A DNA stretch of 64,000 nucleotides, from contig OX597816.1 in NCBI GenBank assembly GCA_951406725.2, forward strand, positions 51,584,001 through 51,648,000, in the 5' to 3' direction. The position numbers and the translations under genes are program-made. The stretch is from Octopus vulgaris. Taxonomy: Eukaryota. The notes beneath the pieces are model-generated. The model made no database searches, had not been told where the DNA came from, and saw nothing but the letters and a program-made list of their open reading frames with translations. Shown one piece after another: positions 53,193 through 64,000 of the stretch (the first letter of the stretch is position 1; every line of letters begins with the position of its first letter).

Positions 53193-53757
53193 TTGGGTTA
53201 TCCAGAAATTTCGTGCCGGTTTTTAAAAGAAAGAAAAAGGTCAATAAATACTTGCCATTACATTTTTAATCAACCAAGTATGAACCATTTTGTTGTACAA
53301 TGCGTCTCCATCTTTCCTTTAACTTGAAAATACCCTCTTCCCAGAATTGAGGTGGTTTCAGGGCACAGAATCCATCAAGGTATCTCTTTACGTCATCCAA
53401 GGAATTGAAATTTTTACCATTAAGACTATTCTGCAGAGACCTGAATAAGTAGAAATCCGATGGTGCAATATCTCGTGAATATGGAGAGTGGAGTAACACA
53501 TCCCAGTCGTGCTGCAGCAATTTTTGTCTGGTTCCCAAATCATCAAGTGCAGAAAATGAACTTTCTTATCTCCCATTTTAAAGGCTTACAGAATTAACAC
53601 AGATTATAGGAACATAAATCTTCTTCCACGAAAAGATAGCTGAAACTATGCTCTAAATGGAGGTGTAGTCAAAGCCTATTTTATGGACTCAACCATGTTC
53701 TAAAATAAGTGGAAAGTTAACTACTATAAATCGGCACGAACTTTCCAGACAACCAAA
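53193..53757 (-). mobile_element. Mariner deletion derivative, copy 3 (both TIRs)
   Basis: TA-ttgggttatccagaaatttcgtgccggttt ... aaatcggcacgaactttccagacaaccaaa-TA; encodes the HSPYSRDIAPSDFYLF C-terminus. Confidence 0.92.
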
Positions 53758-53777
53758 TAGTTATACTTTGCTAGTGA

Positions 53778-54020
53778 CGCCGTGTGGCTTATTTGCTAAG
53801 GTAACTAGTTCACGATCCTGAGTCTAATTATCGGCGTCGCGTTGTGTCCTTGAGTAAGACAATTTATTTCACGTTGCTCTAGTCTACGCAGCTAGCAAAA
53901 ATAGTTGTACCTATAAGTCAAAGGGCCGGCCTAATCATATTCTGTGTCATGCTGAATATCCCTGAGAATTCTGTTATTGGTCCGCGTGTCTATGGAATCT
54001 TTAGCCGACGGAGTGCCAGT
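53778..54020 (+). mobile_element. CORE-type SINE sharing its tail with 6120-6308
   Basis: gtgtccttgagtaagacaatttatttcacgttgctc then aagggccggcct...gacggagtgcca. Confidence 0.7.
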
Positions 54021-56649
54021 TATATTTATATTCTACAGATATTTGTTATCTCTTGGCTTGAAAATTGAAGACATCTGAACATTACAAAATAATAAAATTC
54101 GGATTTGCTACTCTCAGGACAAATGTTTCAATTTTATGTTCATAATTTCAGACTGAGTGGCTTCCTTCTGCAGCATTGTAGCACAAAAACGATATATCAC
54201 TATGTTTAAAAAACACAAATGAAAGCACTCCTAGCAGTATATATATAATGTACTGTTCCATTATTGGGGCAATCAGAAAAATGCACTCCACGAGTACACA
54301 ACATGGCTGGACTTCCTTTTTGGCAAAACGTATAAGGGCACTGTTTTTAAGAAAACACGAGGAAAGGCGTGAGGAAAATAGGATCTTTTCCTTTTCATGT
54401 GCAGCTCGATTAATTAATTTTCATTAGCTAAACACTTTGAAACTTCATATACTGATAGAATGCGTTACGAACGATTATGTTAGTGTCATGAAGTAAACAT
54501 GCTTCAGATACACTCGTTTATTCATACAAACGTAACTGATATGAAATATGTCATAAATAACAATGACAAACGAAATATATACCACCAGTATTTGTTGCTG
54601 ACAAACAACAGCAGTGATTTTATTCAACTGAATACACGTCATTGATTGGTTGAAATTACCAATATACGACAACTTTAACTCGAAATAACTTCGAAAATAG
54701 AAACTTTTCTCAACAACGCTAAGAATAAAAGATGTTCTATATGACACATTCTACCAGTATCCGAAGTTTCGACGTGTTTAGTTAAAGAAAACTAATTTAT
54801 CGAGTTGCCCTTCAAAAGGAAAATATCCGGAAAGTAAAACAAAATTGTAATAAAAAAATTTAGAAAAAAAATTGAGTTGTGCCCATTTGAATTGTGCCCT
54901 TTGAATCATAATTAATATGGTTGGTGTAAATTAATTCAACGAGGAGAAAGTTGGCGTGGTCCACTGGATGGTGTGAGCTGTGTAGTTGGCCTTCCATTTC
55001 GAAATATGGCTGGCTAATTTCGTGGTTTTCTTCTTATCCACGTGCCGATACTCACGTATCATTTTCTTTTAAAAATCACATTTGAACATACCAATGCACC
55101 ATTTCCTTTGAGTTTCTATATTTTGAAACAGGGCGGTGATTTCAGATTCATACTCCATTGAGCTAGTCATGTTTGTCTAGTCAAATGGTGTAAATTTCTA
55201 GGTCCTGGCATACCACCACTTGGAGTGGAGGTCAGGTGTTACCTGCAAGTGATAATATTTTTTATGTTGGGGCAGCATCTGTATGAAAATTTCACTGAAC
55301 GTTTCTTAAAATGTTTCTCTATGTAAGGACATCTGAGGAATACTTATCTATTAAGGCAAGGAAATGTTATTCTAAACACTGAAAGAGAAATTGCTTGGGT
55401 TGGGGCGATCTTTATAATCTTTCTGAGTCTATACATTAGGTTTCGTATTTCTAATTATAAGGTTGAATTTTCATTATATTTAAAGCCACTGTTAGACAAA
55501 ACATTATTCATAATGTTCTGTATTAGACATTATTCTCTCTAATACAAAACATTAATATACGACTGATTAATGTTCTGTATTAGAACATTAATCATTAATA
55601 TCGTGGTGATATTTGTTATAATATCTTTGAATACTCTAATGAGGCGATAGGATTGTATATGTACATACGTGAGTTGTTCCTTCGATTTCTGATAGATCTT
55701 ATAAGAGCACAAATTTAGTTCTAAAAGAGAATCTAGGAAATCGAATTTAGCTCGGTTACTGGTAACAGTGATTTCTCCTCAATTTATCAAATGTATGTCT
55801 ATCAGAGCTACGTGATATGTTTATACCATCGCCACGTTATAGATCAGTGTCATGGTGGAGTCGAATGCAGTAGAGTTGAAAGCTATTTTTCAGTAGACCT
55901 GAATACCCAAAAAAAACATACTGTAGCAACGTTAAGCGATTCCATCTACAAATCAAACAATTATCTGTTTCACACTTTATTTTTTTTTTACCAATACTGC
56001 ACTCTTGTTGACGAGAAGAGTTTTTCGCGTATTTATGATAAAGTCAAAGTCTCTATGATCAATATCGATATAGTTTTTTATCAAACTCAGTTGCCTTCTT
56101 TTGTAATGATCTCTACACCGAGAGATAAAAATCACAAATATCAAGAGTGTAAACTTAGCTCTATACTTATATTTTATATTCCTAAATCAATTTTCAACAG
56201 TGATGCTTACCCATTGCTTTAGTTTAGTAATCTCACTAATGAGATTTTTGATATTGTTGCTTTTTTCTTTTCTCTTTTGCTACTATACTTGTTTCGGTTA
56301 GATTTTAAATTCTACAGGTGGGCTTAATACCAAAATTAGGTTTTTGATCTTTTAAAGGAATTTTGCCTCGTCGTAATTATCATTATATCTATCCATGTCA
56401 GCTCATTTTTTATATTTAGTGGAAATATTATCAAGTACATCGTTATTGATTTCGTAAAGGACAGAGTTCCTTTCAGAGAATACGAACTTAGTATTAGTTT
56501 TTAAGATTTCTAGTATCAGATTTTAATTTAATTCAGGATGAATTACAGTAACTATGGAATCTTCGAGAACTGACACAAAAATTGGATAAATCTTATACTT
56601 TGGGTGGGTTTTTACTTGGTTTTTGATATATATAAATATATATATATAT

Positions 56650-57122
56650 AATAATATTAGGGATTAAATCCAAACTTACAGCGAAGAATTAGATTTAGGA
56701 TTAAATCTAATTTTAGAGTATAAATATATATACTAAATTAGAGATAAAACCACTATTAGGCAAATCAAACAGTGAAAAACATAAACCAAAACATAGAAAT
56801 AAATTAATTAATATAATATACAAAATATATAAAATATAAAATTCAAAATTTAAATTAAGTTAAAATTAAAAAAAAAATTTAATTATTAATTTATACTTAT
56901 AATTTTATATATATTTATATATATATATATGTTATTTTTATTTTTATTATAATTTTTTTTTTCAATTTTTTTAAATTATATATTTATTTATTTTAACTAT
57001 ATATAACTATCAAAAAGTATTAAGAAGTTTAATATGAGATAAAAAGTATTAATTAATTTATTTCTATGTTTTAGTTCATGTTTTTCACTGTTTGATTTGA
57101 CTAATAGTGGTTTTATCTCTAA

Positions 57123-57126
<4 letters not shown>
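56650..57126 (-). mobile_element. AT-rich fold-back module with tail in (TA)n
   Basis: Arms from 56734 (taaattagagataaaaccactattag) to 57126 (ctaatagtggttttatctctaattta); tail about 56650-56730. Confidence 0.7.
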
Positions 57127-57199
<73 letters not shown>

Positions 57200-57702
57200 T
57201 ATACATGCATACACATGTATATGTGTGCGATTGCACGCGTGTGTGTCTCTGTCAGTGTGTATGTTTGTGTATGTTTGAGTCTGGGTGAGAATCTTTGAAT
57301 AAAATCTATGTTGACCAGAAATGCAACCAAAGCGAAATTTATACAAAAGAATGATAACTGCAAAGCCAACAGTTATATGTTACATATATAGAAGAATCGA
57401 TATATTTTCGCTTCCATTTCTCAGCAATTTATTACTTAACAAATATAATTTTAGTTCTCTATTATTAATCTAATACCAAAGAAATAGCGCTGCTACACAA
57501 AAGTCACATTTAGCCTGAAATATCAAGGAGGTAAAGCTACTTGTATTTCACTGTCAAAATAAACAAATAAACAAAAGAAAAATCTACAAATGTAACATTT
57601 TTATTTCTCTATCGTTTCCTGTATGAATAGTAAGAATCTAACTTTTCAAGTCTTTTATTCATTGTGTTGCCTCTCTGCATGTTATAAATTTGAACTGTAA
57701 AA

Positions 57703-57795
<93 letters not shown>

Positions 57796-58421
57796 TGTAT
57801 GTATGTATGTATGTATGTATGTGCGCGTATGCGTGTGTGTGTGTATTTATGTATGTTTCCTAGACAACTATTTATGTCTCAGCTTATCAATTATTAGGCC
57901 TTTGGGAGGAGTGCACAATTTTCACAGAACAAAAGTTGCTAACTTTCTTTTTCTGATTTCCTTTAAGATAGAGTAATTTGCATATGCTATTCTTTGACTT
58001 TGTACTTTACGCTAGTGCTTCTAGGTACTGAATTTCTATTTTCACTTGTATCTCATAGGGGAAGGTAATACTAGCTATATGACTTTGACAAGTAGTAATT
58101 TAATTTCAATGTGGTTTACCACCCACTTTCTATCACCAACATAAAAATTGATTTCTTTTTTTTTTACCACACAAAACCGCCACAAAATTTATATTAATGA
58201 AAGCATTAAGATCGTGTGAATTTCACATTACTTTCAAGAGTAATAATGAACTTATGAAATAAGTGTAGACTCATATAAATGCAATACCAAAATTAGAAAA
58301 TGCCAAATGTGTCTACATTTGGCAGTAATAATCTCTATCCTGATAATTTCATACCCGATATTCTGAAGTTTTCTTAGTACCCTAGTTTCAATATCAATAA
58401 TTATTTGTTATATGAGTATAT

Positions 58422-58489
<68 letters not shown>

Positions 58490-58691
58490 TGTGTATGTAT
58501 GTATGTATCTATGTATGCTTACGTACACACATATAGAAACGTTGTTGGGTAGCAATTCGAGGAAGTAGTACACAATACAAAGTATAAACCAGTATTTCTT
58601 TTTCTTCAGCAGAATTAGTGCCTTGTTACTTTGTTAGCTTGATAAACCTGTGGAGTTTGCAGAGTGGCAGGCAGCTGAACTGACATAAATA

Positions 58692-58920
58692 GGTTATGTG
58701 CCTTCCACATGTCCCTCTAGTAATCTGTTTTCCAGCATTCTTTGGTCCTTTTGCCTTTATCCTTATATAGGACAAAGTGGTCGATGCGTAGCTGACAGTT
58801 TTTTTTAAGACTTATGGGGCATAAAACTCTGTAAAGTCAACCCGGTTCGCCCCACTTCTGCTCAGTTAGATATTCCTTTCAACATACGTTTGTGTACGGA
58901 CTGGCCTTGCACAAATCCTT
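58692..58920 (+). pseudogene. Decayed GIY-YIG endonuclease of a Penelope-like element
   Basis: Frame from 58692: STCPSSNLFSSILWSFCLYPYIGQSGRCVADSFF*DLWGIKL, then after a frameshift HFCSVRYSFQHTFVYGL; fits the PLE pattern C..SN.IY...C..C...YIGQTGR....RF.EH....HF. Confidence 0.7.
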
Positions 58921-59919
58921 TTCGCTGTGGCACCTCTCTCTTTCAGTGGGGATTGCGTCTGGCTAACTGACAATCTAGTTCTCAATATATAGAATTTTAT
59001 ATTTTCGTGCATTGACTAGTGAGATGATCTATTGAGCATTTGGGGGGATTGTTGTTCCTAAGGTAACCGTTGGTTGTGTCATTTGATGTAGCGTGAATTT
59101 TCCTCGTTGCAGATTAATAGAAGCACTAAGGTTATGTCGTGCACTGGGGTTACAATAGAGACTGATAATTCATAGCGAGTATGCTTCTCTGTATTTTTCG
59201 TAAAATTTGCATAGGCAAAAAACAGTTTCCTTAGGTTCGACACGTATTGATAATGGAGATTGTGATTATTGTTCAACTTTTCAATATGACCATTAATGAT
59301 CCCGCTGAATGTCTTTCTTTTTCTGACTTGTGTGACGAAAACAAGCCAGCATAGCAGTAGCAAGTGGTGGCTTTAATGTACTAGTTGTTCTCAGCGATCT
59401 TAGGACATAGGGTAAGTTTGGCAAAGTAAACTCACTTGGAGAATGTTATTTGTATAAACACACTGGTATTGACCTTGGTTAGTGGTGTATTTGTTGAGCG
59501 TGTTTTGTTCCTAGAAGGTGTTTGAACGGGGGATCACGTTGAAAAAAATTTTGCGTAGGGAATACGGTAAGAAACATCATTAATCTTTACGCTCATTTCT
59601 TGTTAATGTAATTTATGACGATGGACAAAGAAGAAATAATTAAGAAACGGTCAAAATACAGGACCCAAAAGACACGAATGGTGGGTAACGCTTAGAGTGC
59701 AATCCTAAAGTATTTTTAAAAAAAACAACAAATAGCAAGATGTGTGCCAGTGAGACACAGAGAATTTAGGAACGGTCAGCTACGCGACCGGTGTGAAGAA
59801 GGGGGTGTAAAAGGAGAAAGAAGAAAGGCTATAGATAGAAGTATGAGGGTGAGAGAGAAAGAAAAGAGAGGAAGAGAGAAAAGTAATAAAGGGGAAAGGC
59901 TAATATATATGTGTGTGTG

Positions 59920-59979
<60 letters not shown>

Positions 59980-60320
59980 CTTATTAATGTGTCTTGATGC
60001 AATTTAAAACAAAAAAGGCACAAATACAGTCTTTACTAAAGGTGATTAAGGGTGCAAGTCAGCAACAGCATTACTGCATATAACTCTTAGCTACGAATAA
60101 ATAACTTCGACAACACAATATGAACACATAACATAATACAGAACACTACTAACCTTTCAATTAATACCACTAATCGCCATACATCCCATGCACCATTCAC
60201 ATTACAGATCCTATATCTGCCCTAATTGCACCAAATACAAAATTACTTACCTCCCTTACACATAATTGTTTTACTGAGGGACTAGTAGACCTGACACTGT
60301 TCATTTATCGGTGTGCTTTC

Positions 60321-60359
60321 AAAGCAATGATTAGTAAATTCGCGAAACCGGTATGCTTT
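60321..60359 (+). ncRNA. Hammerhead motif, A3-U8 core variant
   Basis: aaagca-AUGAUUA-guaaauucgc-GAA-ACCGGU-A-tgcttt; perfect 6-bp stem I and palindromic stem III; (TA)n follows ~205 bp downstream. Confidence 0.65.
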
Positions 60360-60560
60360 TGAATCTCTTTAACAATTCCCAATAATGATTTATATAACTT
60401 TTATTCCTACCTTAGTTCATCAAATTGTATAAATCGAGCGTTACTTTTCATAAAAAGCCTTTACTATTTTTGATTTCCAATTTGCATTTTCGCTTATTTT
60501 GCTTCTTACTTTCTCCTTACATTTCCACGTGTAGATTCTATTTTCTTTTCGTAACATATT

Positions 60561-60605
<45 letters not shown>

Positions 60606-60608
60606 CAT

Positions 60609-61093
60609 AGAATGCAAAACATCCAGAGAGCTAGGTGATACAAAAAAGGAACAACAAAACATCCAGATAGACGATACAAAGAAAATAAGGACGGGTCATT
60701 CGGAGTTTTCTGTCCTCAGTCAAGTTCCGGATTATCTTTGCAATTTCGTCTGGTTATACTCAAGATTGCTCCAATCTGGCCAGCCCCAAGGAAAAAGTAA
60801 GCCTAGAGTAATAGATTCTTTGGAAGGAAGCAGCGAATGTATACGAAAACAAGGACAGAAGAAAACAGAGAATGTTACACAAATTCAAATACAAATAACA
60901 GTCTTTCGACTAAGGACATTAAATGAAGCTGGCGTGTTTGGGAGTAAAGCCTTACGGCATGGATACAAGATTGCCCAGGCACAGGTAGGAATATAGATGT
61001 TGCACGGACGACAGCCGAACCAATAAAGAAAGGTTAGGCTTGGCCGAACATCGGTCACGTGGGGAGAGAAGAGAGAGAGGTAGAAGCAGAGAG

Positions 61094-61097
<4 letters not shown>
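60609..61097 (-). mobile_element. Unclassified repeat between (TA)n tracts, probably a PLE-type terminus
   Basis: Pyrimidine-rich minus strand, internal aaaacatccaga duplication, microsatellite-bounded. Confidence 0.35.
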
Positions 61098-61130
<33 letters not shown>

Positions 61131-61133
<3 letters not shown>

Positions 61134-61512
61134 TCGTAATGGTAAGAGAACAAAAGAATGACCTCGATATTATGTAAATAAAGGAATTTATTTGTAATAT
61201 AATACGTGACAATTATTCGGTTGCCATGAAAAAACTCCGAGTTTAATTTTCTCGGCAACTGAAGATATACCTATTTCTTTATTACCCACAAGGGGCTAAA
61301 CATAGAGGAGACAAAAATGGACAGACATAGGTACTAAGTCGATTATATCGACCCCAGTGCTTAACTGGTACTTAATTTATCGACCACGAAAGGATGAAAG
61401 GCAAAGTCGACCTCGGCGGAATTTGAAGATATACCGGCGCAGGTTTCCGCCCCGACATCTGAAAGTCGGAGTTTCATCATGGCAACCGAATAATTGTCAC
61501 ATATTATATTAC
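61131..61512. mobile_element. Fold-back module with tail, interrupted by SINE B
   Basis: tgtaatataatacgtgacaattattcggttgccatga / tcatggcaaccgaataattgtcacatattatattaca. Confidence 0.8.
61272..61423 (-). mobile_element. 5'-truncated SINE B with 12-bp TSD
   Basis: tgaagatatacc at 61260-61271 and 61424-61435. Confidence 0.85.
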
Positions 61513-61555
61513 ACACACACACACACACGCACACACACACATATATATATATATA

Positions 61556-61705
61556 GCGACGGGCTGTCAGTTACCGTCTGCCAAGTACACACGCTTGGCC
61601 TTAATATACCCAAGGCTATTGTAGAAGAGACTTGCCCGAGCTACCATGCAGTAGGAGAAAAACTAAACCATGTGGTTCGGAAGCAAACGTCTTACCACAC
61701 AGGTA
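61556..61705 (-). mobile_element. SINE family A 5' part, diverged
   Basis: caaggctattgtagaagagacttgcccgag...aaccatgtggttcggaagcaa. Confidence 0.7.
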
Positions 61706-61871
61706 GGAGTATACTTACATGTGGAGTCATTAAAACAGCAATACGATACGTCTTGCATTTGTTCCAGTGGTGAAATTGCGGCCACGCTAGGGCACCTCCA
61801 CAAAAAAATGTTAATTGAATGAATCGACTTTAGGTACTCATTTTCATTCAAGCTTCGTACTTATTTCTTCG

Positions 61872-62140
61872 GTTAAATTTGCTGATCTGTTAGGTCACGG
61901 GGACGTAAACACACCGACACCAGTTGACAAACGATAGCAGGAAACAGACTCAGACTCAAAGACACATACATATACATGAATTTGCGACGGGATTCTTTCA
62001 GTTTCCGTCTACAAATCCACTCGCATGGCTTTAATCGCACCGTGGTTATAGTAGGAGACACACGCCCAAGTTGCCTCGTAGTGGGGACGAAACCGGAAAC
62101 ATGTGGTTATGGAACAAGCTTTTTACCACACAGCCTGGCT
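61872..62140 (-). mobile_element. SINE family A, diverged
   Basis: cacggggacgtaaacacacc...ctttcagtttccgtctacaaatccactc...catgtggttatggaacaagc. Confidence 0.75.
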
Positions 62141-62250
62141 TACGACTAAAAAATCATGTAGAAAATATGTTTTTGGCGTTGAGATGAAAGAAAAATCAGT
62201 CTTCAACATAATTCAAATGAATTCTCTATAATGAACATCATGTGCATTCT

Positions 62251-62415
62251 CTTTACTCTTTTTACTTGTTTCAGTCATTTGACTGCGGCCATGCTGGAGC
62301 ACCGCCTTTAGTCGAGCAAATCGACCCCAGGACTTATTCTTTGAAAGCACGGGGACGTAAACACACCAGCGTCGGTTGTCAAGCAATGTTGGAGGGACAA
62401 ACACAGACACACACA

Positions 62416-62479
<64 letters not shown>

Positions 62480-62650
62480 CTTATACATATATACGACGGG
62501 CTTCTTTCAGTTTCCGTCTACCAAATCCACTCACAAAGCTTTGTTCGGCCTAAGGCTATTGTAGAAGACACTTGCCCAAGGTGCCACGCTGTGAGACTAA
62601 ACCCGGAACCATGTGGTTGGCAAGCAAGCTACCTACCACGCAGCCACTCC
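62251..62650 (-). mobile_element. SINE family A, full length, 8-bp TSD
   Basis: Head ggagtggctgcgtggtaggtagcttgc, CORE-like gcaccttgggcaagtgtcttc; tgcattct at 62243-62250 and 62651-62658. Confidence 0.92.
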
Positions 62651-62973
62651 TGCATTCTTCAAGTTAACTTCATCATATATTTATCATTCGTCAGGCGATA
62701 ATTCAGAAAAAAGCTTTTAGTTTGAATTTTTTTTTTTTTTTTTTTTGAATGAATAGATTCTCGGAGATTGAATCGCGGCGGGTGGGAGAGAGATTAATAT
62801 TCAGAACTTAAATGGATCTAATTAAGTACTACAGTGTATTTTCTTTAACACTCACCTTATTGTCCTACTTACTGACCTGATTTCAATTTAATATTCATCA
62901 AAAATAGGTTACCAAGGGATTTAAGATTGACCACTCCTCCCAGGAATTTCGTTTTCTCATTTAATCAACATGT

Positions 62974-63032
<59 letters not shown>

Positions 63033-63463
63033 TATAGTAGTAGTAGTAGTAGTGGTGGTGGTGGTGATGTCGGCGACGGCGCGGTGGTGGTGGTGATGTC
63101 GGCGACGGCGCGGTGGTGGTGCTGGTGGTGCTGGTGGTTGTGGTGGTGGTGGTGGTGGTGGTGGTGGTGGTGGTGGTGATGTCGGTGGCCGTGGCGGCGT
63201 TGGTGGTGGTGGTGAAAGTAGTAGTAGTAGTAGTTGTTGTAATAGTAGTGTATTGGGGGTTTGTTAGCGCACAGAAAACAATTTTTAACAGTATTTCTGA
63301 CGACTCTACTTTTCAAATGTCGCCCAGATCGACTTTGCATTTTATAAATTTGGGGTCAATAAAAGTTACCAGTCGAAGACTGTGGTGATTTAATCGATTA
63401 TCCCCCTCCCACAAAATCTCGGGCTTTGTATTATTTACAGTAAAATGGATACTAGTAGTACAT

Positions 63464-63518
<55 letters not shown>

Positions 63519-63657
63519 CAGCAGCAGCAGTAGTAGTAGTAGTAGTAGTAGCAGCACCAGCAGTAGTAGTACAGCAGCAATAGTAATAGTAGTAGCAGCA
63601 GCAGTTGTAATAGTAGTAGTAGTAGCAGCAGTAGTAGTAGTAATAGTAGTAGTAGTG

Positions 63658-63691
<34 letters not shown>

Positions 63692-63738
63692 TGGTGGTAG
63701 TGGCAGCAGCAGCAGAGAGTAGTAGTAGTAGTAGTAGA

Positions 63739-63799
<61 letters not shown>

Positions 63800-63905
63800 T
63801 ATAGTGGTGGTGGCGGCGGCGGTCGGCGGCGTCGTCGTTGTGCTTCTACTGCTGCTGTTGCCTCTGATGCTGCTGCTGCTGCTGCTGCTGCTGGAGTTGT
63901 TGGTG
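62974..63905. repeat. Trinucleotide microsatellite cluster (AGT/GGT/AGC/GCT)
   Basis: Direct inspection; source of the poly-S/V/H pseudo-ORFs. Confidence 0.95.
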
Positions 63906-64000
63906 ATTTATGTTGCCTTTTAAACTCAGTTTCCTAAACTGTAATCATTCATGAACAGACCTATGCTCAAAAACGCTCGCTATTTTTTCTTCTGTGTTTG

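Noticed and set aside
55202-55230. Possible micro-exon (ag|GTCCTGGC...GGAG|gt)
   Set aside because: Weak splice signals, no homology and no neighbouring exons; needs RNA-seq.
55791-56222. 143-aa non-repetitive ORF
   Set aside because: No recognisable domain and AT-rich composition; consistent with a chance ORF.

Overview
AT-rich eukaryotic, repeat-saturated DNA that looks intronic or intergenic; I found no host protein-coding exon. The tRNA-head/CORE-type SINE families plus extreme (TA)n/(CA)n/(TATG)n density suggest an octopus (cephalopod) genome, which is my inference from repeat recognition. Almost all listed ORFs are microsatellite translation artefacts. The real content is: several SINE families; Tc1/mariner elements (one full-length irritans-like copy, a 3-copy deletion-derivative family, a DD37D/maT derivative); L1/Tx1-like and R4/Dong-like LINE fragments; non-autonomous Helitrons; and a decayed GIY-YIG endonuclease of a Penelope-like element (PLE). 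The main hidden signal is about a dozen minimal type-I hammerhead ribozyme motifs, found by eye. Many sit in long fold-back-plus-tail modules anchored in microsatellites. Their cores include non-canonical variants that keep the 3-8 tertiary pair (C-G, U-A, A-U, possibly G-U) and a U4C variant seen in two copies. All folds and alignments were done by eye and none is computationally or biochemically verified.
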